Assembly: GCA_038142265.1 (NCBI GenBank)
Contig: JAYQJR010000007.1
Coordinates: 96,061-160,060 of the forward strand
Reading direction: 5' to 3'
Length of the DNA: 64,000 nt
Source: Pelagibacteraceae bacterium
Lineage (GTDB): Bacteria > Pseudomonadota > Alphaproteobacteria > Pelagibacterales > Pelagibacteraceae
Positions 33,827 to 46,084 of the stretch are shown here, in pieces (the stretch's first letter is position 1; each line of letters begins with the position of its first letter). The notes under the pieces were generated by a model, which worked only from the letters and a program-made list of their open reading frames with translations, ran no database searches and was not told the origin of the DNA. Made by a program: the position numbers and the translations under genes.

Positions 33827-34398
33827 TTATTTTAGAAATTTTAATAACAAGTCATACTCTAAATTTAAAAAATCATTTTTTTTAATTTTTGGAAAAATTG
33901 TTTTTCTAAAAGTATGAGGAATAATATTAACTCTAAAAGTATTTTTTTAACATCATTAATAGTCAAAGAAATACCATTAACAGTAATTGAACCTTTTTTT
34001 ACTAAATATTTTTTATACTTTTTAGAAAAAGTAATCCAGCATATCCAAGAATTTTTATCTTTAGATAATGACAAAACTTTACCAACATCATCAATATGAC
34101 CTTGCACAAAATGTCCAGCAATTTCATCTCCATATTTTAAAGATCGTTCAAGATTAAAAAAATCTCCAACTTTATTATATTTTAGATTAGTGATTTTTAA
34201 TGTTTCGGGAGATATATCAAAAAATAAATTTTTTTTATTAATCACTTTGGTTAAAGTTAAACACACACCATTAATAGAGATAGAAGTGCCTAAATTTTTT
34301 TTATATAGAGTTTTGGAATTAAGAATAAATGTAAAATTTTTATTATTAGATTTAATTGCTTTTAATTTAGCTGTTTCTTGAATTATTCCTGTAAACAT
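33827..34398 (-). CDS. ribE: Riboflavin synthase alpha chain (frameshifted near the 3' end)
   Basis: MFTGII, GVCLT, GHFVQGHID, KGSITVNGISLT. Confidence 0.94.
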
Positions 34399-35458
34399 TT
34401 TTAAGTTTGTAATTCAAAATAACATCATCTTCTACTGTAATTTTGCTACTTAAATGCTTTTTTTTAAATTTGAAAAAAAAATTTGCTTTTATAAGGCCAT
34501 TTTTTTTAAAAAATTTATTATTTTTAATTATATATTGTTCATTAATCAAATTTGCCTCGAGAAAGCTTTTGGTAGTTAGAGATCCACCCTCAATAAGAAG
34601 CTTAACAAAGCCAAGTGAATAAATTTTATTTAATATTAAATTTTGAAGATTTTTCGTCTCAAAATCTAAATAAATCAAATTAAAAAATTTTTTTAGCTTT
34701 TTTATTTTGTATAAATCTTTTGATGAATGAAAAACGTATGATTTTTTTAAAAATTTATTTTTTAATACTTTTTTTGAAAAAATTAAATTTTTATTGATAA
34801 TAAAAACAGCCAATTTTTTTTCTAAACCTGGAATTCGGCAATTTAATTTAGGATTATCTTCGATAAGCGTTTTTCTTCCAATTAAAATAGAGTCTGACTG
34901 ATATCTAAGCAAGTGTGCAAATTTTATTGCTAGTGTACCAGTAAATAGTCTTTTTGAATTGTGCTTGGTATAACCATCAGAACTAATAGCAATTTTAGAA
35001 ACAACGTAAGGAATTTTATTTTTTTTAGAAAAATTATGAAACGTAGAGGATAATGTTGGCAAATTCAAATATTTAATAGATATATTCCTTTTATTTAAAA
35101 TTTTTTTAGTTTTGCCTTTTACTCTTTCATCTTGATCTTTTGCGGATGTAATTACTTGATTAATTTTATTTTTAATAATTAAATCTGTACATGGCGGGTT
35201 TTTTCCATGGTGGCAGCATGGTTCAAGTGACGTAAAAATTTTTTTTATATTTTTATTCTTATTATTTTTTAAAAGATCAAACTCTGCATGTGGAGATCCA
35301 CCTTTACCTGTGAAAGAATAATTAATTTCATCATTTTTTTTTAATATTACTGCACCAACAGAAGGATTTGGGAAAGTATTGTATCGATTTATTTCTGAAA
35401 GTTTATTGGCTAGTTTTGTTAAATAAATATCAAAATCTTTATTTTTTAATTTGAGCAT
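34367..35458 (-). CDS. ribD: Riboflavin biosynthesis deaminase/reductase
   Basis: [27 protein letters not shown]. Confidence 0.93.
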   Translation of the reverse strand: MLKLKNKDFDIYLTKLANKLSEINRYNTFPNPSVGAVILKKNDEINYSFTGKGGSPHAEFDLLKNNKNKNIKKIFTSLEPCCHHGKNPPCTDLIIKNKINQVITSAKDQDERVKGKTKKILNKRNISIKYLNLPTLSSTFHNFSKKNKIPYVVSKIAISSDGYTKHNSKRLFTGTLAIKFAHLLRYQSDSILIGRKTLIEDNPKLNCRIPGLEKKLAVFIINKNLIFSKKVLKNKFLKKSYVFHSSKDLYKIKKLKKFFNLIYLDFETKNLQNLILNKIYSLGFVKLLIEGGSLTTKSFLEANLINEQYIIKNNKFFKKNGLIKANFFFKFKKKHLSSKITVEDDVILNYKLKNVYRNNSRNS

Positions 35459-35900
35459 TAATATTATCTACAAAATCCTCAAAATCTTTTGCTTCTTTAA
35501 AATCTGTATATACAGAAGCAAATCTAACATAACCCACATGATCTAAGTCTTTTAAACCATCCATCACAAACTTTCCAATAGTTGAAGACATTATTTCGTT
35601 TTGTCCAAGATCTTCTAGGTTTCTATAAATTTTTGAAACAAATTTTTCTATCGTATCATTGTCTATAGGTCTTTTTCTAAGAGCAATCATAACTGATTTG
35701 GTTAATTTTTCTCTATCAAATGGAGATTTTCTTCCATTTTTTTTAATAACCATAAGCTCTCTAAACTGAACACGTTCAAAAGTTGTAAATCTTTGCTTTC
35801 CACAACCACATAGCCTTCTTCTTCTTATTGCGGTACCGTCTTCTGTTGAACGAGAGTCAATTACAGATGTATCTTTTTCTTTGCAGAATGGACAAAGCAT
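35439..35900 (-). CDS. nrdR: Transcriptional repressor NrdR
   Basis: [27 protein letters not shown]. Confidence 0.96.
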   Translation of the reverse strand: MLCPFCKEKDTSVIDSRSTEDGTAIRRRRLCGCGKQRFTTFERVQFRELMVIKKNGRKSPFDREKLTKSVMIALRKRPIDNDTIEKFVSKIYRNLEDLGQNEIMSSTIGKFVMDGLKDLDHVGYVRFASVYTDFKEAKDFEDFVDNINAQIKK

Positions 35901-35903
35901 AAT

Positions 35904-37190
35904 TTAATAAATTGGAAATTTTTTACAAAGTTCAACTACTTTTAATTTCACTGAACTTTCTGCTTTTGAATTATCTTCTTTATTATTTTTTAAACCGTTC
36001 AACACTTCATGAATTAATTCAGCAACTTGTTTGAATTCAGCCAAACCAAAGCCTCTAGTTGTACAAGCAGGCGTTCCTAAACGAATACCTGAAGGATTCC
36101 ATGGCTTTGCTTCATCATAAGGAATTCCATTTTTATTGCAGGTTAAATTAGCTTTGCCTAAAGATATTTCAGCATCTTTTCCCGTTAACCCTAAAGGTCT
36201 TAGATCAATTAAAACTAGATGAGTATCTGTTCCACCTGAAAAAATCTTATAACCAAAATTTTTTAAAGTTTCTGAAAGAATTTTAGCATTCTCGATAACA
36301 TCTTTTGCATATATTTTAAAATCATCTTGTAATGCCTCTTTAAAGCAAACTGCTTTAGCTGCAATTACATGCATTAAAGGTCCGCCTTGCAGACCAGGAA
36401 ATACAGCAGAATTAAATTTTTTTGCTAAATCTTCATCGTTGGTTAAAATAATTCCTCCTCTTGGCCCTCTTAAAACTTTATGAGTCGTTGAGGTAACAAC
36501 ATGCGCATGATCACATGGATTCGGATAAGCTTTTCCTGCAACTAAACCAGAAAAATGTGCCATATCAACCATCAAATATGCGCCAACGCTATCAGCAATT
36601 TCTCTAAATTTTTTAAAGTCTATAATTCTAGAATAAGCACTTCCACCAGCGATAATAATTTTAGGTTTATGTTTTTTTGCCAGTTCATCAACCTGACTGT
36701 AATTTAAAAGACCTGTTTCTTTTTCTACTCCATAAGCAATTGCATTAAACCATTTTCCAGATTGTGCAGGTGCCGCACCATGAGTTAAGTGTCCACCCTG
36801 ATCTATTCCCATTCCTAAAATTGTATCACCTGGTTTAATTAAAGCTAAAAAAACAGCTCCATTAGCTTGTGCTCCAGAATGAGGTTGAACATTAGCATAT
36901 TTAACATTAAATAATTTTGTAACCCTATCGATTGCTAAATTTTCTGCTTTATCTACAAATTCACAACCACCATAATATCTTTTACCAGGATAACCTTCTG
37001 CATATTTATTTGTTAAAACAGTTCCCTGTGCTTCAATAACAGCTTTTGATGCAATATTTTCTGAGGCAATTAATTCTAAATGATACCTTTGTCTATTTAA
37101 TTCTTCTTCAATTGAACTAAAAAGTTCAGAATCTCCCTCTTTTAAGTTTTGCTTAAAAAAATTATCATATATTTGTGGCTGCTTAGACAT
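35904..37190 (-). CDS. glyA: Serine hydroxymethyltransferase
   Basis: [33 protein letters not shown]. Confidence 0.98.
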   Translation of the reverse strand: MSKQPQIYDNFFKQNLKEGDSELFSSIEEELNRQRYHLELIASENIASKAVIEAQGTVLTNKYAEGYPGKRYYGGCEFVDKAENLAIDRVTKLFNVKYANVQPHSGAQANGAVFLALIKPGDTILGMGIDQGGHLTHGAAPAQSGKWFNAIAYGVEKETGLLNYSQVDELAKKHKPKIIIAGGSAYSRIIDFKKFREIADSVGAYLMVDMAHFSGLVAGKAYPNPCDHAHVVTSTTHKVLRGPRGGIILTNDEDLAKKFNSAVFPGLQGGPLMHVIAAKAVCFKEALQDDFKIYAKDVIENAKILSETLKNFGYKIFSGGTDTHLVLIDLRPLGLTGKDAEISLGKANLTCNKNGIPYDEAKPWNPSGIRLGTPACTTRGFGLAEFKQVAELIHEVLNGLKNNKEDNSKAESSVKLKVVELCKKFPIY

Positions 37191-37635
37191 TTTTAAATTT
37201 TTTAATCCTCCTTAAGTGTCTTCCTTTTAAAAATAAAGTTGTAAAAAAAACCTCAGTTATCTTTAAAGCATTTTTTTTCTTTAATATTCTAGAACCTAAT
37301 ATTAAAACATTTGCATTATTATGCTCTCTGGCAAGTTTAGCAGTTTTATTATTATGTACTAAAGAAGCTCTGACATTCTTATATCGATTCGCCATGATAG
37401 ACATTCCAATACCAGAACCACATATTAAAATTCCAAAGCTATTATCCTTGATTTTTTTAGATAATTTTTTTGCATAATCAGGATAATCAACAGATTCTTT
37501 TGAGAAAGGTCCAAGATCAATCGTTTTAAATCTTTTTTTCTTTAAAAAACTTATGATATTTTTTTTTAAATCAAATCCGGCATGATCTGAGGCAATTAAA
37601 AGCTTTTTTGTGATATATTTCTTAGTATTTTTCAA
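37183..37635 (-). CDS. rpiB: Ribose-5-phosphate isomerase B
   Basis: [33 protein letters not shown]. Confidence 0.95.
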   Translation of the reverse strand: MKNTKKYITKKLLIASDHAGFDLKKNIISFLKKKRFKTIDLGPFSKESVDYPDYAKKLSKKIKDNSFGILICGSGIGMSIMANRYKNVRASLVHNNKTAKLAREHNNANVLILGSRILKKKNALKITEVFFTTLFLKGRHLRRIKKFKNV

Positions 37636-37720
37636 AATAATTTACCTATATATTATAAAAAAATATCTACAATAAGTTACAACATTATATTAAAAAACTT
37701 ATTTTATTAACAGGTAATTT

Positions 37721-38702
37721 ATGTTTCCAAGACAAAGATTAAGAAGAACTAGGTTAAAAAAGTGGTCAAGAGAATTAATTAGTGAGCACTCTATAAAATC
37801 CTCAGATTTTATTTTGCCTATTTTTATATGTGATGGAAATAATAAAGAAACAGAAATAAATAACTTGCCAAATATTTTTAGATATTCAGTTGATAATATC
37901 TCAATCCCTATTGATAGGGCTTTAAAAAACAAAATACCTGCTATCATATTATTTCCAGAAACTCCCTATAGAAAAAAAAGATGAAAAAGGATCTGAGGCT
38001 TTAAATGAAAATAATTTGATTTGTAAATCAATTAAAGAAATTAAAAAAAAATATAAAGATGAAATTGGAGTTATTACTGATGTTGCATTAGATCCGTACA
38101 CGTCTCATGGACACGATGGGATATTAAAAAATGATATTGTAGACAACGATCAAACTATTGAAATTCTAAAAAAACAATCACTTTTACAATCAACAGTTGG
38201 CTCAGATATTATTGCACCTTCGGACATGATGGATGGTAGAGTTGGAGAAATTAGAGATTACTTAGATAAACACAATTATCAATATACACAAATAATGTCT
38301 TATGCAGCAAAATATGCTTCAAATTTTTATGGTCCATTTAGGAATGCAGTAGGTTCTTCAAAAAATTTAAAAACAGATAAAAAAAATTATCAAATGGATT
38401 ACAGGAATTCTCTCGAGAGTTTAAGGGAAATAGAATTAGACATCAATGAAGGTGCAGACCTTATCATGATTAAACCTGCTCTACTTTACTTAGATATTAT
38501 ATTTCAAGCTAAACAAAAATTTAATATACCAATTGTGTCTTACAATGTATCTGGAGAGTACTCGATGATACAAAATGCTATTAAAAATAAAATACTTGAT
38601 CGTAATTCAATTTATGAAACTTTAATTGCATTAAAAAGAGCTGGGTCAAATGCAATTGTTTCTTATTTTGCAAATGAATTTTTAGAAGAATTATCAAACT
38701 AG
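37721..38702 (+). CDS. hemB: Porphobilinogen synthase (frameshift in poly-A near 37975)
   Basis: RLRRTR, DVALDPYTSHGHDG, APSDMMDGR, MIKP, YNVSGEY. Confidence 0.95.
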
Positions 38703-39137
38703 AATTTTACTTTTAAAGAAAATAAGAGGTTTTTTTTTAGAATTTATTTTAAATTTTATTACTTTGTGCAAGATAATAATATGATCTCCTGCATTAAATT
38801 TTTTATATAATTTACAATTCAAGTAACCCATGGATTTTTTTAATAAATTTACTTCATACCTATGATCAAATTTATTATTTTTACTTGCTAATTTATAACA
38901 ATCTTTTTTTTGTTTGGCCGATAAAAAAATAATTTTATATTCTTTGTTTTTTTTTATAAAATTTTTTTTTGATTTTGTTTTTTTATCTAAGCACCACATA
39001 ACAATTGGCGGTTTTAAAGATACTGACGAGAAAGAATTTACAGTAATTCCCTCGTATAAATTATCTTCAGTCTGTGATGTTATTGCTGTGATACCCGTAC
39101 TAAACAAAGCTAAACATTTTCTTAAATTATTTTTCAA
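38694..39137 (-). CDS. Flavin reductase-like protein
   Basis: LR.CL..F.TGIT, GITVNSFSSVSL.PP, AGDH. Confidence 0.88.
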   Translation of the reverse strand: MKNNLRKCLALFSTGITAITSQTEDNLYEGITVNSFSSVSLKPPIVMWCLDKKTKSKKNFIKKNKEYKIIFLSAKQKKDCYKLASKNNKFDHRYEVNLLKKSMGYLNCKLYKKFNAGDHIIILHKVIKFKINSKKKPLIFFKSKILV

Positions 39138-39339
39138 ACTTCCCCCACTTTACTTTATCCCAAGCTCTTTCGTGAAAATAATAAAGTGCTAACTTTGTAA
39201 TAACTTCAATTGTAGCAATGGTAACTCCTATCGATATTTTTCCACTGACTAACCAAGATATTAAAAATGTATCAAGTGAAGCTAAAATTCTCCAGGACAA
39301 TGTTTTTGCCAAACTTCTCGTTCTTTTTTCTTTAATCAT
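39127..39339 (-). CDS. DUF2061 small membrane protein
   Basis: RSLAKTLSWRI...YYFHERAW..V.WG. Confidence 0.88.
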   Translation of the reverse strand: MIKEKRTRSLAKTLSWRILASLDTFLISWLVSGKISIGVTIATIEVITKLALYYFHERAWDKVKWGKFEK

Positions 39340-41573
39340 ATTTTTTAAAGTTATTTTCGAAACCTCTAGAAAAGTTTATATCAAGCTTATCATCAAGAAT
39401 TTTACCAGATTTGCCTCTATTAGCTATAAAACTATTTATTTTCTTTATTAACAAAGGTTTAGAGTGATTAGACTGATAATATAGATCATAATTATCGTTT
39501 GTTGCAAAAGCAAATTTTAATAAAAAACCTTTTGATTTAAAAAACTGGACACCACTTCCCTTTTGAAGCTCAGGAATTTCTTTTAATTTAAAAATTAATA
39601 ATTTATTTTTTTTTCCATCAGTTAATATTATCGAACAATTTTTATTATTATTAACATTTGCGATCCCAAGAAAACTATCATTTTTTTTAACATTAAAAAA
39701 TTTCTTTCCAGATTTTTTTAAAGACTCTAAATCGATTGATTTGACCAAGAAGCCTAAACCATTTTTGCTAAAAACTAATAACTTTAAATCTGGATTGTAA
39801 ACGAAAGCATCAACAATTTTTTCTTTTTCTTTAAGTTTTAAGTAAGAAGATAATAACGCCCCCTTAGAAGAACCAAATTTCAATCTTGAAGCTTCTAGAA
39901 TATAAGATTTACCAATATCAGATAAAAAACAAAGATTATCCGAGGTTTTACAATTTAATATAAGACTTGTATTTTTATCTTTATTCAATTCTTCAAATTT
40001 TGAACTTCCTTTTTTAGCTTTAAGATAAGAGTTACCAATTAAGGAAATATTTATATTTTCAATAACTTCTAATTTCTTTTCTAGTTCATCTTCCGAAATG
40101 TTTAAAAACTTTTCAAAGTTGCTTTTTCTTGGTCCAAAATCAGAATTATTTCCAAATTTTTGAATAATTTCTGTATATTCATTATTTATTTCATTTCTTT
40201 GTAAGGATTTAGATTTTAAAATTTTAAATAAACGTTTTTTTTCTTTTTCTAAATCTCTAAATTCATTTTTGATTTCTATTTCTTCAATTTTCTTCAAATT
40301 TCTTAATCTCATTTCTAAAATTGCATCAACCTGAAGAATAGAAAATCTATATTTTTTAATTAATTCTTTTTTTGGGTCTTTTGCCGTTCTAATAATTTTA
40401 ATTATTTTATTTAAATTGGCATAAACAATTAAAAATCCTTTCAAGATCTCTAATCTTTTTTTAATTTTTTCTAATCTAAAATTAATTTTTTTATTTAAAA
40501 TCACATACCGATGTTTTAATAATGAAGACAAGATTTCTTTTAAAGACATAACTTTTGGTTGGTTCTTTTCATTTAATACGTTCATATTTAGAAAAACTTT
40601 AATTTTTAAATCAGTTTGTTCGTATAGAGAATTCATCAAGTCTATAGGGTCAACATTTCTATTTTTGGGCCTCAAAACAATTCGAATTAGTTGATCAGAC
40701 TCATCACTTACATGATCTAATAGTTTGTTTTTTTTATTAATGATTATATCGGCAATTTTTTCAATTAACTTAGATTTATTAACAAGGTATGGTATCTCTG
40801 TTATTGCAATTTGATAAGAACCTCTTCCAAGATCTTCTACTTTATATTTAGATTTAAGTTCAAAAAAACCTTTACCAGTATTGTAGGCTTTAAAATTTCT
40901 TTTTATCTTCATTCAATATTCCTCCGGTAGGAAAGTCAGGGCCTTTAATATAATTTAAAATTTCTTTAAGTGTGAGATTAGGTTTGTTATTTAGCGCAAT
41001 CAAAGCCTCGCAAACTTCTTGAATGTTGTGTGGAGGTATGGATGTTGCCATACCAACAGCTATACCTGATGCTCCATTTGCTAAAATATTAGGGAATTGA
41101 GATGGTAATATCTCTGGTTCCTCAAGTTCACCATCATATGTTTTTTTAAAATTAACCGTTTCTTCCTCAATATCATTCAAAAGGTACTCGGATGTTAATG
41201 TTAATTTTGCTTCTGTGTATCTCATCGCAGCAGCATTATCCCCATCTATGTTTCCAAAATTTCCTTGGCCATCAACCAAAGGGTATTTTGTAGAAAAATC
41301 TTGAGCTAATCTTACTAACGCATCATAAACCGATTGATCTCCATGTGGATGAAATTTACCAATAACATCACCAACCACCCTAGCTGATTTTTTAAATTGT
41401 GATTTTGGATTTAAATTTAAAAGATACATTGCATATATAAGCCTTCTATGTACTGGTTTAAGACCATCTCTTAAATCAGGAAGGGCTCTTTGTGTAATGG
41501 TGGATAAAGCATACGCCAAGTAACGCTTTGCAAACTGATTGCTTAATTCATCTTTAATTATGTTATTTTTCAT
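39332..41573 (-). CDS. parC: Topoisomerase IV subunit A (frameshift near 40895)
   Basis: [34 protein letters not shown]; no GyrA box; second GyrA-like gene in the window. Confidence 0.94.
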
Positions 41574-42195
41574 TTAAATAATTTTCAATTTCAGATCTTT
41601 TGTTGATTTTGCTTATGTCAATTACTTCATTTAGTCTACTTTTTAAAATATTAGTATTAAGCCTGTAAATATTAATCAAATCATTAAAATGATAATCGCT
41701 GTCAGAATATTTTAATATCTTTTTTATATTTTTTATATCAAATTCAGAATCATCTTCATCAACGCCGTAACCTAAATTTTTTAATAAATGATATTCCCAA
41801 ACAAGATATGGTTTTAAATTATCTGTTTTTAATTCTTCTAAAAAATTCTCATATTGGTTAAAAATATTTTCATACTTTTGTCTTTCTGGTAAAACTTTTG
41901 ACAATAAACTTAATGAAGTAAGATATAAATTTAATTTTAGTTTTTCATTAAAAAATTTGATTGATATATTCTCTATCAACTCAATTGCGAAATAACCTAT
42001 GCTATCTTCAGTTTTAGATTTATAATTTATTTTAAGTTTATTTCCTATTTGAAGTTCTGGTTTTTTTTTTGATGAAGATGATCCATAAATGATACCAATA
42101 TAAAAACCATTTTGTTTAGTAAAAATTTTAGCAATAGATGAATTTTCTTTATTAGAATTAATTTCTACGAGGTAGCCTTCATCACTCCATTGCAT
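41563..42195 (-). CDS. recO: DNA repair protein RecO
   Basis: MQWSDEG, LQIGN, LPERQ, WE..LL..LGYG; follows era. Confidence 0.85.
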   Translation of the reverse strand: MQWSDEGYLVEINSNKENSSIAKIFTKQNGFYIGIIYGSSSSKKKPELQIGNKLKINYKSKTEDSIGYFAIELIENISIKFFNEKLKLNLYLTSLSLLSKVLPERQKYENIFNQYENFLEELKTDNLKPYLVWEYHLLKNLGYGVDEDDSEFDIKNIKKILKYSDSDYHFNDLINIYRLNTNILKSRLNEVIDISKINKRSEIENYLNEK

Positions 42196-42197
42196 AG

Positions 42198-43004
42198 TTA
42201 TACTTTTGATAATTTAATTTTTATAAAAAGATTTACTTTTTTCTTCATTATTTTTTCAAGCTGGATCCTTGCATAAATGCCAATTTTTTTAATCATAGAA
42301 CCATTTTTACCCAAAATAATTTTTTTATGAGCTTCAGTCTTTGCAAAAACAGTCTGATGAATTGTCAAAGATTGTTTTTTGACAACATTATTAGTTACAA
42401 TAATTGTTTTGTAAGGAATTTCTTTATGAATATAATTTAATAACGCCTCTCTTGTAATTTCTGAGAAAAATTTTTCCTTAGAAGATTTTTTTGAAAATTT
42501 TGATGTAGTATCTTTTGAATTCTTAACAACATAATCTAATAATTTCTCTACATTTTTTTTCTTCAAAGCCGAAATATAAAAAACTGCATCAAAAAGATTT
42601 ATAAAGTCTATTTCTTTAATCCTCTCAAGAACATAGTCATTATTTACAAGATCAATTTTATTAAAAACCAAAACCTTTTTTTTAAGTTTTTTTATATTAT
42701 TTTTAATTTTATCTAGGTGTCTAAATTTATTATTTATATCGAGTAAAAAGAAAACAATATCTGACCTCTCTAACCCTTCAATTGCATCTCTCAAATAATT
42801 ATCATTTATATTGTCCTTATAAAATCCAGGTGTATCAATAAAATTAATCTGACAATTTTTGTAATTTAAAGCAAATTCAACATTAAAATTTGTTGTTTGA
42901 ATTTTTTTTGAAACAATTGAAACTTTCTTATTTAATAAGCTATTAAGCAGCGTAGATTTTCCTGAATTTGTGGGGCCAGAAAGTGTAACAAAACAAGATT
43001 TCAT
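42198..43004 (-). CDS. era: GTPase Era
   Basis: G.TNSGKSTLLN, DTPG, NKID, EIPY, KH-type IILGKNGSMIKKIG. Confidence 0.94.
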   Translation of the reverse strand: MKSCFVTLSGPTNSGKSTLLNSLLNKKVSIVSKKIQTTNFNVEFALNYKNCQINFIDTPGFYKDNINDNYLRDAIEGLERSDIVFFLLDINNKFRHLDKIKNNIKKLKKKVLVFNKIDLVNNDYVLERIKEIDFINLFDAVFYISALKKKNVEKLLDYVVKNSKDTTSKFSKKSSKEKFFSEITREALLNYIHKEIPYKTIIVTNNVVKKQSLTIHQTVFAKTEAHKKIILGKNGSMIKKIGIYARIQLEKIMKKKVNLFIKIKLSKV

Positions 43005-43678
43005 TAAATTTTAAGAGTATCTAACAACTTTTTAGCAGCAAATGTTTCTGCAATTTTTTTTGAAGAACCAGAACCTGTGAAAGATTTTGAACCTTCAATA
43101 GAAACAGAAACTTTAAAACTAGGTTTATGCGATGGACCTGTGTTTGAAATAAAATTGTAAATTGGTAGTTTTTTAAATTTCTTTAATGAATATTCTTGTA
43201 GTTGAGTTTTTGGATCAATAACTACATTTACAGATTTTTTTAAGTTTTCTTTCCATAATTCTAGTATAACTTTTTTAGATATCTCAAATCCTTTATCTAA
43301 AAAAATAGCTCCTATTAATGATTCACAAAGATCACCATATATTTTTTTATTACCAGCTTTATTTTTTTTTTGAGATTTGCTTAGATTTATAAATTTATGA
43401 AGATTGAAACTTAAAATGATATTTGAACAAATCTCCTTATTAACCAGGGCTGCTAATTTTTTATCTAATGAACCTTCACTATCTTCAGGATATTTTTCAT
43501 TTAAATAATTTGCAATAACTAAGCCTAAAACTCTGTCACCTAAAAACTCGAGCCTTTCATTATTTAATTCATTTTCCTTTGAAATGCTTTTATGAGTAAA
43601 AGCTTTCTGCAATAATACCTTATTAGTAAATTTAACTTTTATTATTTTTTCAATTTGATTAATATTTTTTTTATCCAT
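43004..43678 (-). CDS. rnc: Ribonuclease III
   Basis: NERLEFLGDRVLGL; C-terminal dsRBD DPKTQLQE. Confidence 0.97.
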   Translation of the reverse strand: MDKKNINQIEKIIKVKFTNKVLLQKAFTHKSISKENELNNERLEFLGDRVLGLVIANYLNEKYPEDSEGSLDKKLAALVNKEICSNIILSFNLHKFINLSKSQKKNKAGNKKIYGDLCESLIGAIFLDKGFEISKKVILELWKENLKKSVNVVIDPKTQLQEYSLKKFKKLPIYNFISNTGPSHKPSFKVSVSIEGSKSFTGSGSSKKIAETFAAKKLLDTLKI

Positions 43679-44403
43679 TAAATAATTCTTTTTAGTATAC
43701 GATCAAATCTAATTGATTTATGCCACTTCCAAAAAGTAAAAAAATTTCCTATATCACCATTATTTGAAAAAAATAAAAACCTAGCTTTTCCAACAAGATT
43801 TTGTTTTTTTACATATCCAACGCTCATTAAAAAACGACTATCCTTAGAGCAATCTCTATTATCCCCCATAAAGAAAAAATGATCTTTTGGAACAACATAA
43901 GGATCCGTATCTTTCATAGAATCGTTTTTAAAATATGATATCTCATATTTGCTGCCAGAGAATATTTCTTCACGAAATACATCTACTTTAATAGTTTCGT
44001 TTCCGCATAAAACAGTAGAGCTACGTATAAATTTTTTTATTATTTTTTTATCATTTATAAAAAGATCACCTTTGATCAATTGAATTTTGTCTCCAGGAAG
44101 TCCTATCAGTCTTTTAATATAATCAGTTCTATTATCAGATGGAGTTTTAAAAACTATAACATCTCCTCTATTTGGCTCTGAATAAAAAAACCTTTTTTCA
44201 AATAAGCCGGGGCTAAATGGAAACGAATGCTTACTATAACCATAAGAATATTTTGTAACAAATAATCTATCACCAATTAGCAAAGTGTTCTCCATAGATG
44301 AAGATGGTATAAAAAATGGTTGAATTAGTAATGATCTAATAATGATAGCTAATATTAAAGCTATCAATAAAGTTTTAATATTTTCTATAATTTTTCTTTT
44401 CAT
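43678..44403 (-). CDS. lepB: Signal peptidase I
   Basis: IPSSSM, YIKRLIGLPGD, MGDNRD.S.DSR. Confidence 0.97.
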   Translation of the reverse strand: MKRKIIENIKTLLIALILAIIIRSLLIQPFFIPSSSMENTLLIGDRLFVTKYSYGYSKHSFPFSPGLFEKRFFYSEPNRGDVIVFKTPSDNRTDYIKRLIGLPGDKIQLIKGDLFINDKKIIKKFIRSSTVLCGNETIKVDVFREEIFSGSKYEISYFKNDSMKDTDPYVVPKDHFFFMGDNRDCSKDSRFLMSVGYVKKQNLVGKARFLFFSNNGDIGNFFTFWKWHKSIRFDRILKRII

Positions 44404-44784
44404 TCAGGCTTTCGATATAATAACTGTTGCATAAGCAAAAGGAGAATCATCACTAATTGATAAAAAAATCTTATATTTTTTTACCTTTAACCTTTTGGAA
44501 ATAATTTTATTTATTTTTGGCTCTAATTTTATTGATGGTTTTCCATATTTATCGTGAACAACAATAATATCTGAAAATTGAATTATAGACCCAATACCAG
44601 TTCCTACAGCTTTAGAAAAGGCCTCTTTAGCAGCAAATCTTTTTGCAATCATCTCTGGTGTAATTTTTTTTACAAATTCTCTCTGATTTAATATTCTTTT
44701 TAGAAATAGCTTTTTATTTGATGATAAAATTTTTTTTATTCTATTAATATTTACAATATCTGAGCCTAATCCTAAAATTGACAT
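44404..44784 (-). CDS. acpS: Holo-ACP synthase
   Basis: GLGSDIV, AKRFAAKEAFSKA.GTG, LSISD. Confidence 0.95.
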   Translation of the reverse strand: MSILGLGSDIVNINRIKKILSSNKKLFLKRILNQREFVKKITPEMIAKRFAAKEAFSKAVGTGIGSIIQFSDIIVVHDKYGKPSIKLEPKINKIISKRLKVKKYKIFLSISDDSPFAYATVIISKA

Positions 44785-45505
44785 TTATTTAATAATTTTT
44801 TTAAAATTTTTAATAACTTTTGACAATCCTTCGAAAATAGATTCTCCAATTATAAAATGCCCAATATTAAGCTCATTAACATTCTTTAACTTCATTAAAT
44901 ATTTTGTAGATCTGTAATCAAGTCCATGACCCAAGTTAAACTTTACCTTTTTTTTAATACAAACTTGCTCACATTTTTTTATTTTATTAAATTCTAAAAA
45001 TATTTTTTTTCTATTATTATCTTTGGTTGCTTTAGCAAAATTACCTGTATGGATTTCCACTGCATCAGCACCTAGCTTAAAAGAATAATTAACATCTTTA
45101 AAATTAGGATTTATAAATAAAGAAACTTCAATATTTTTTTTTTTAAGTTTATTGATAATCTTAAATAAATTTTTATTTTTAAGATTTAAACCTCCCTCAG
45201 TAGTCAGCTCTTTTCTTTTTTCAGGAACGATGCAAACATATTTGGGCTTTAATTTTAATGCAAAATTTAACATGTCATTAGTTGGGGCCATTTCTAAATT
45301 GATGGGTTTAGTAATTTTATTTTTCAATAAAACTGCATCACTTTTCTCTAATGTGCCTTTGATCCTCTCTAACATGGATTGTGATTGTATCTGCACCATA
45401 TTTAATAACATTTTTTGCAGCTTTAATAATATTAGGATGCCCTTCATTTCTTGTATTTCTTAAAGTTGCAACGTGATCAATATTTACCCCGAGCTTAGTT
45501 TTCAT
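44785..45505 (-). CDS. pdxJ: Pyridoxine 5'-phosphate synthase (frameshift near 45340)
   Basis: True N-terminus [16 protein letters not shown]...HVREDQRHI from 45505; [30 protein letters not shown]. Confidence 0.94.
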
Positions 45506-45508
45506 TTT

Positions 45509-46084
45509 TTATATTTTTCTGCTGCCGGGTTTTATAGCTTCAATATTTTTCAAATGATCAGGTAAATTATCTGGTTGGTAAGTTGGGATATCAAACTTTA
45601 TCTGGGAAATAATATTATTAATTTTTGATTTGCCTCCTGATCGATCAACAATGCTAGCAAATCCAACAATAATACCCCCTTCATTTTCAAGACGTTTTGC
45701 ACATTCTAAACTTGATTTGCCAGTTGTAATTACATCTTCTAGAATAATAACTCTTTTATTCTTGCAATCAAAACCTCTTCTTAAACTAAAAACATTATCT
45801 ACTCTCTCAACAAAAATATTAGGAACATTTAAAAATCTTGAAACCTGATAACCTACTAATATTCCGCCTATTGCAGGAGATGCTACTAAATCAAATTAAA
45901 TTTTTTCATTTTTAATTTTTTCTGCTAAAGATAAACAAACCTGCTCGGCTAAATTTGAATTCATCATCAGTTTTGCACACTGCAAATATTTATCACTTCT
46001 AAGGCCCGAAGATAAAATAAAATGACCTTCTAAAAGAGAATTTGTCTTTTTTAAAATTTCAATAGTTTCTTTTTCAGATAACAT
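45509..46084 (-). CDS. pyrE: Orotate phosphoribosyltransferase (one in-frame TAA at 45896-45898)
   Basis: GHFILSSG.RS..YLQCA, SPAIGG, ILEDVITTG, KPGSR, all in one frame across the stop. Confidence 0.94.

Noticed and set aside
45340-45447. ORF-track N-terminus MKGILILL of pdxJ
   Set aside because: Wrong-frame product of the indel; the true start is 45505.
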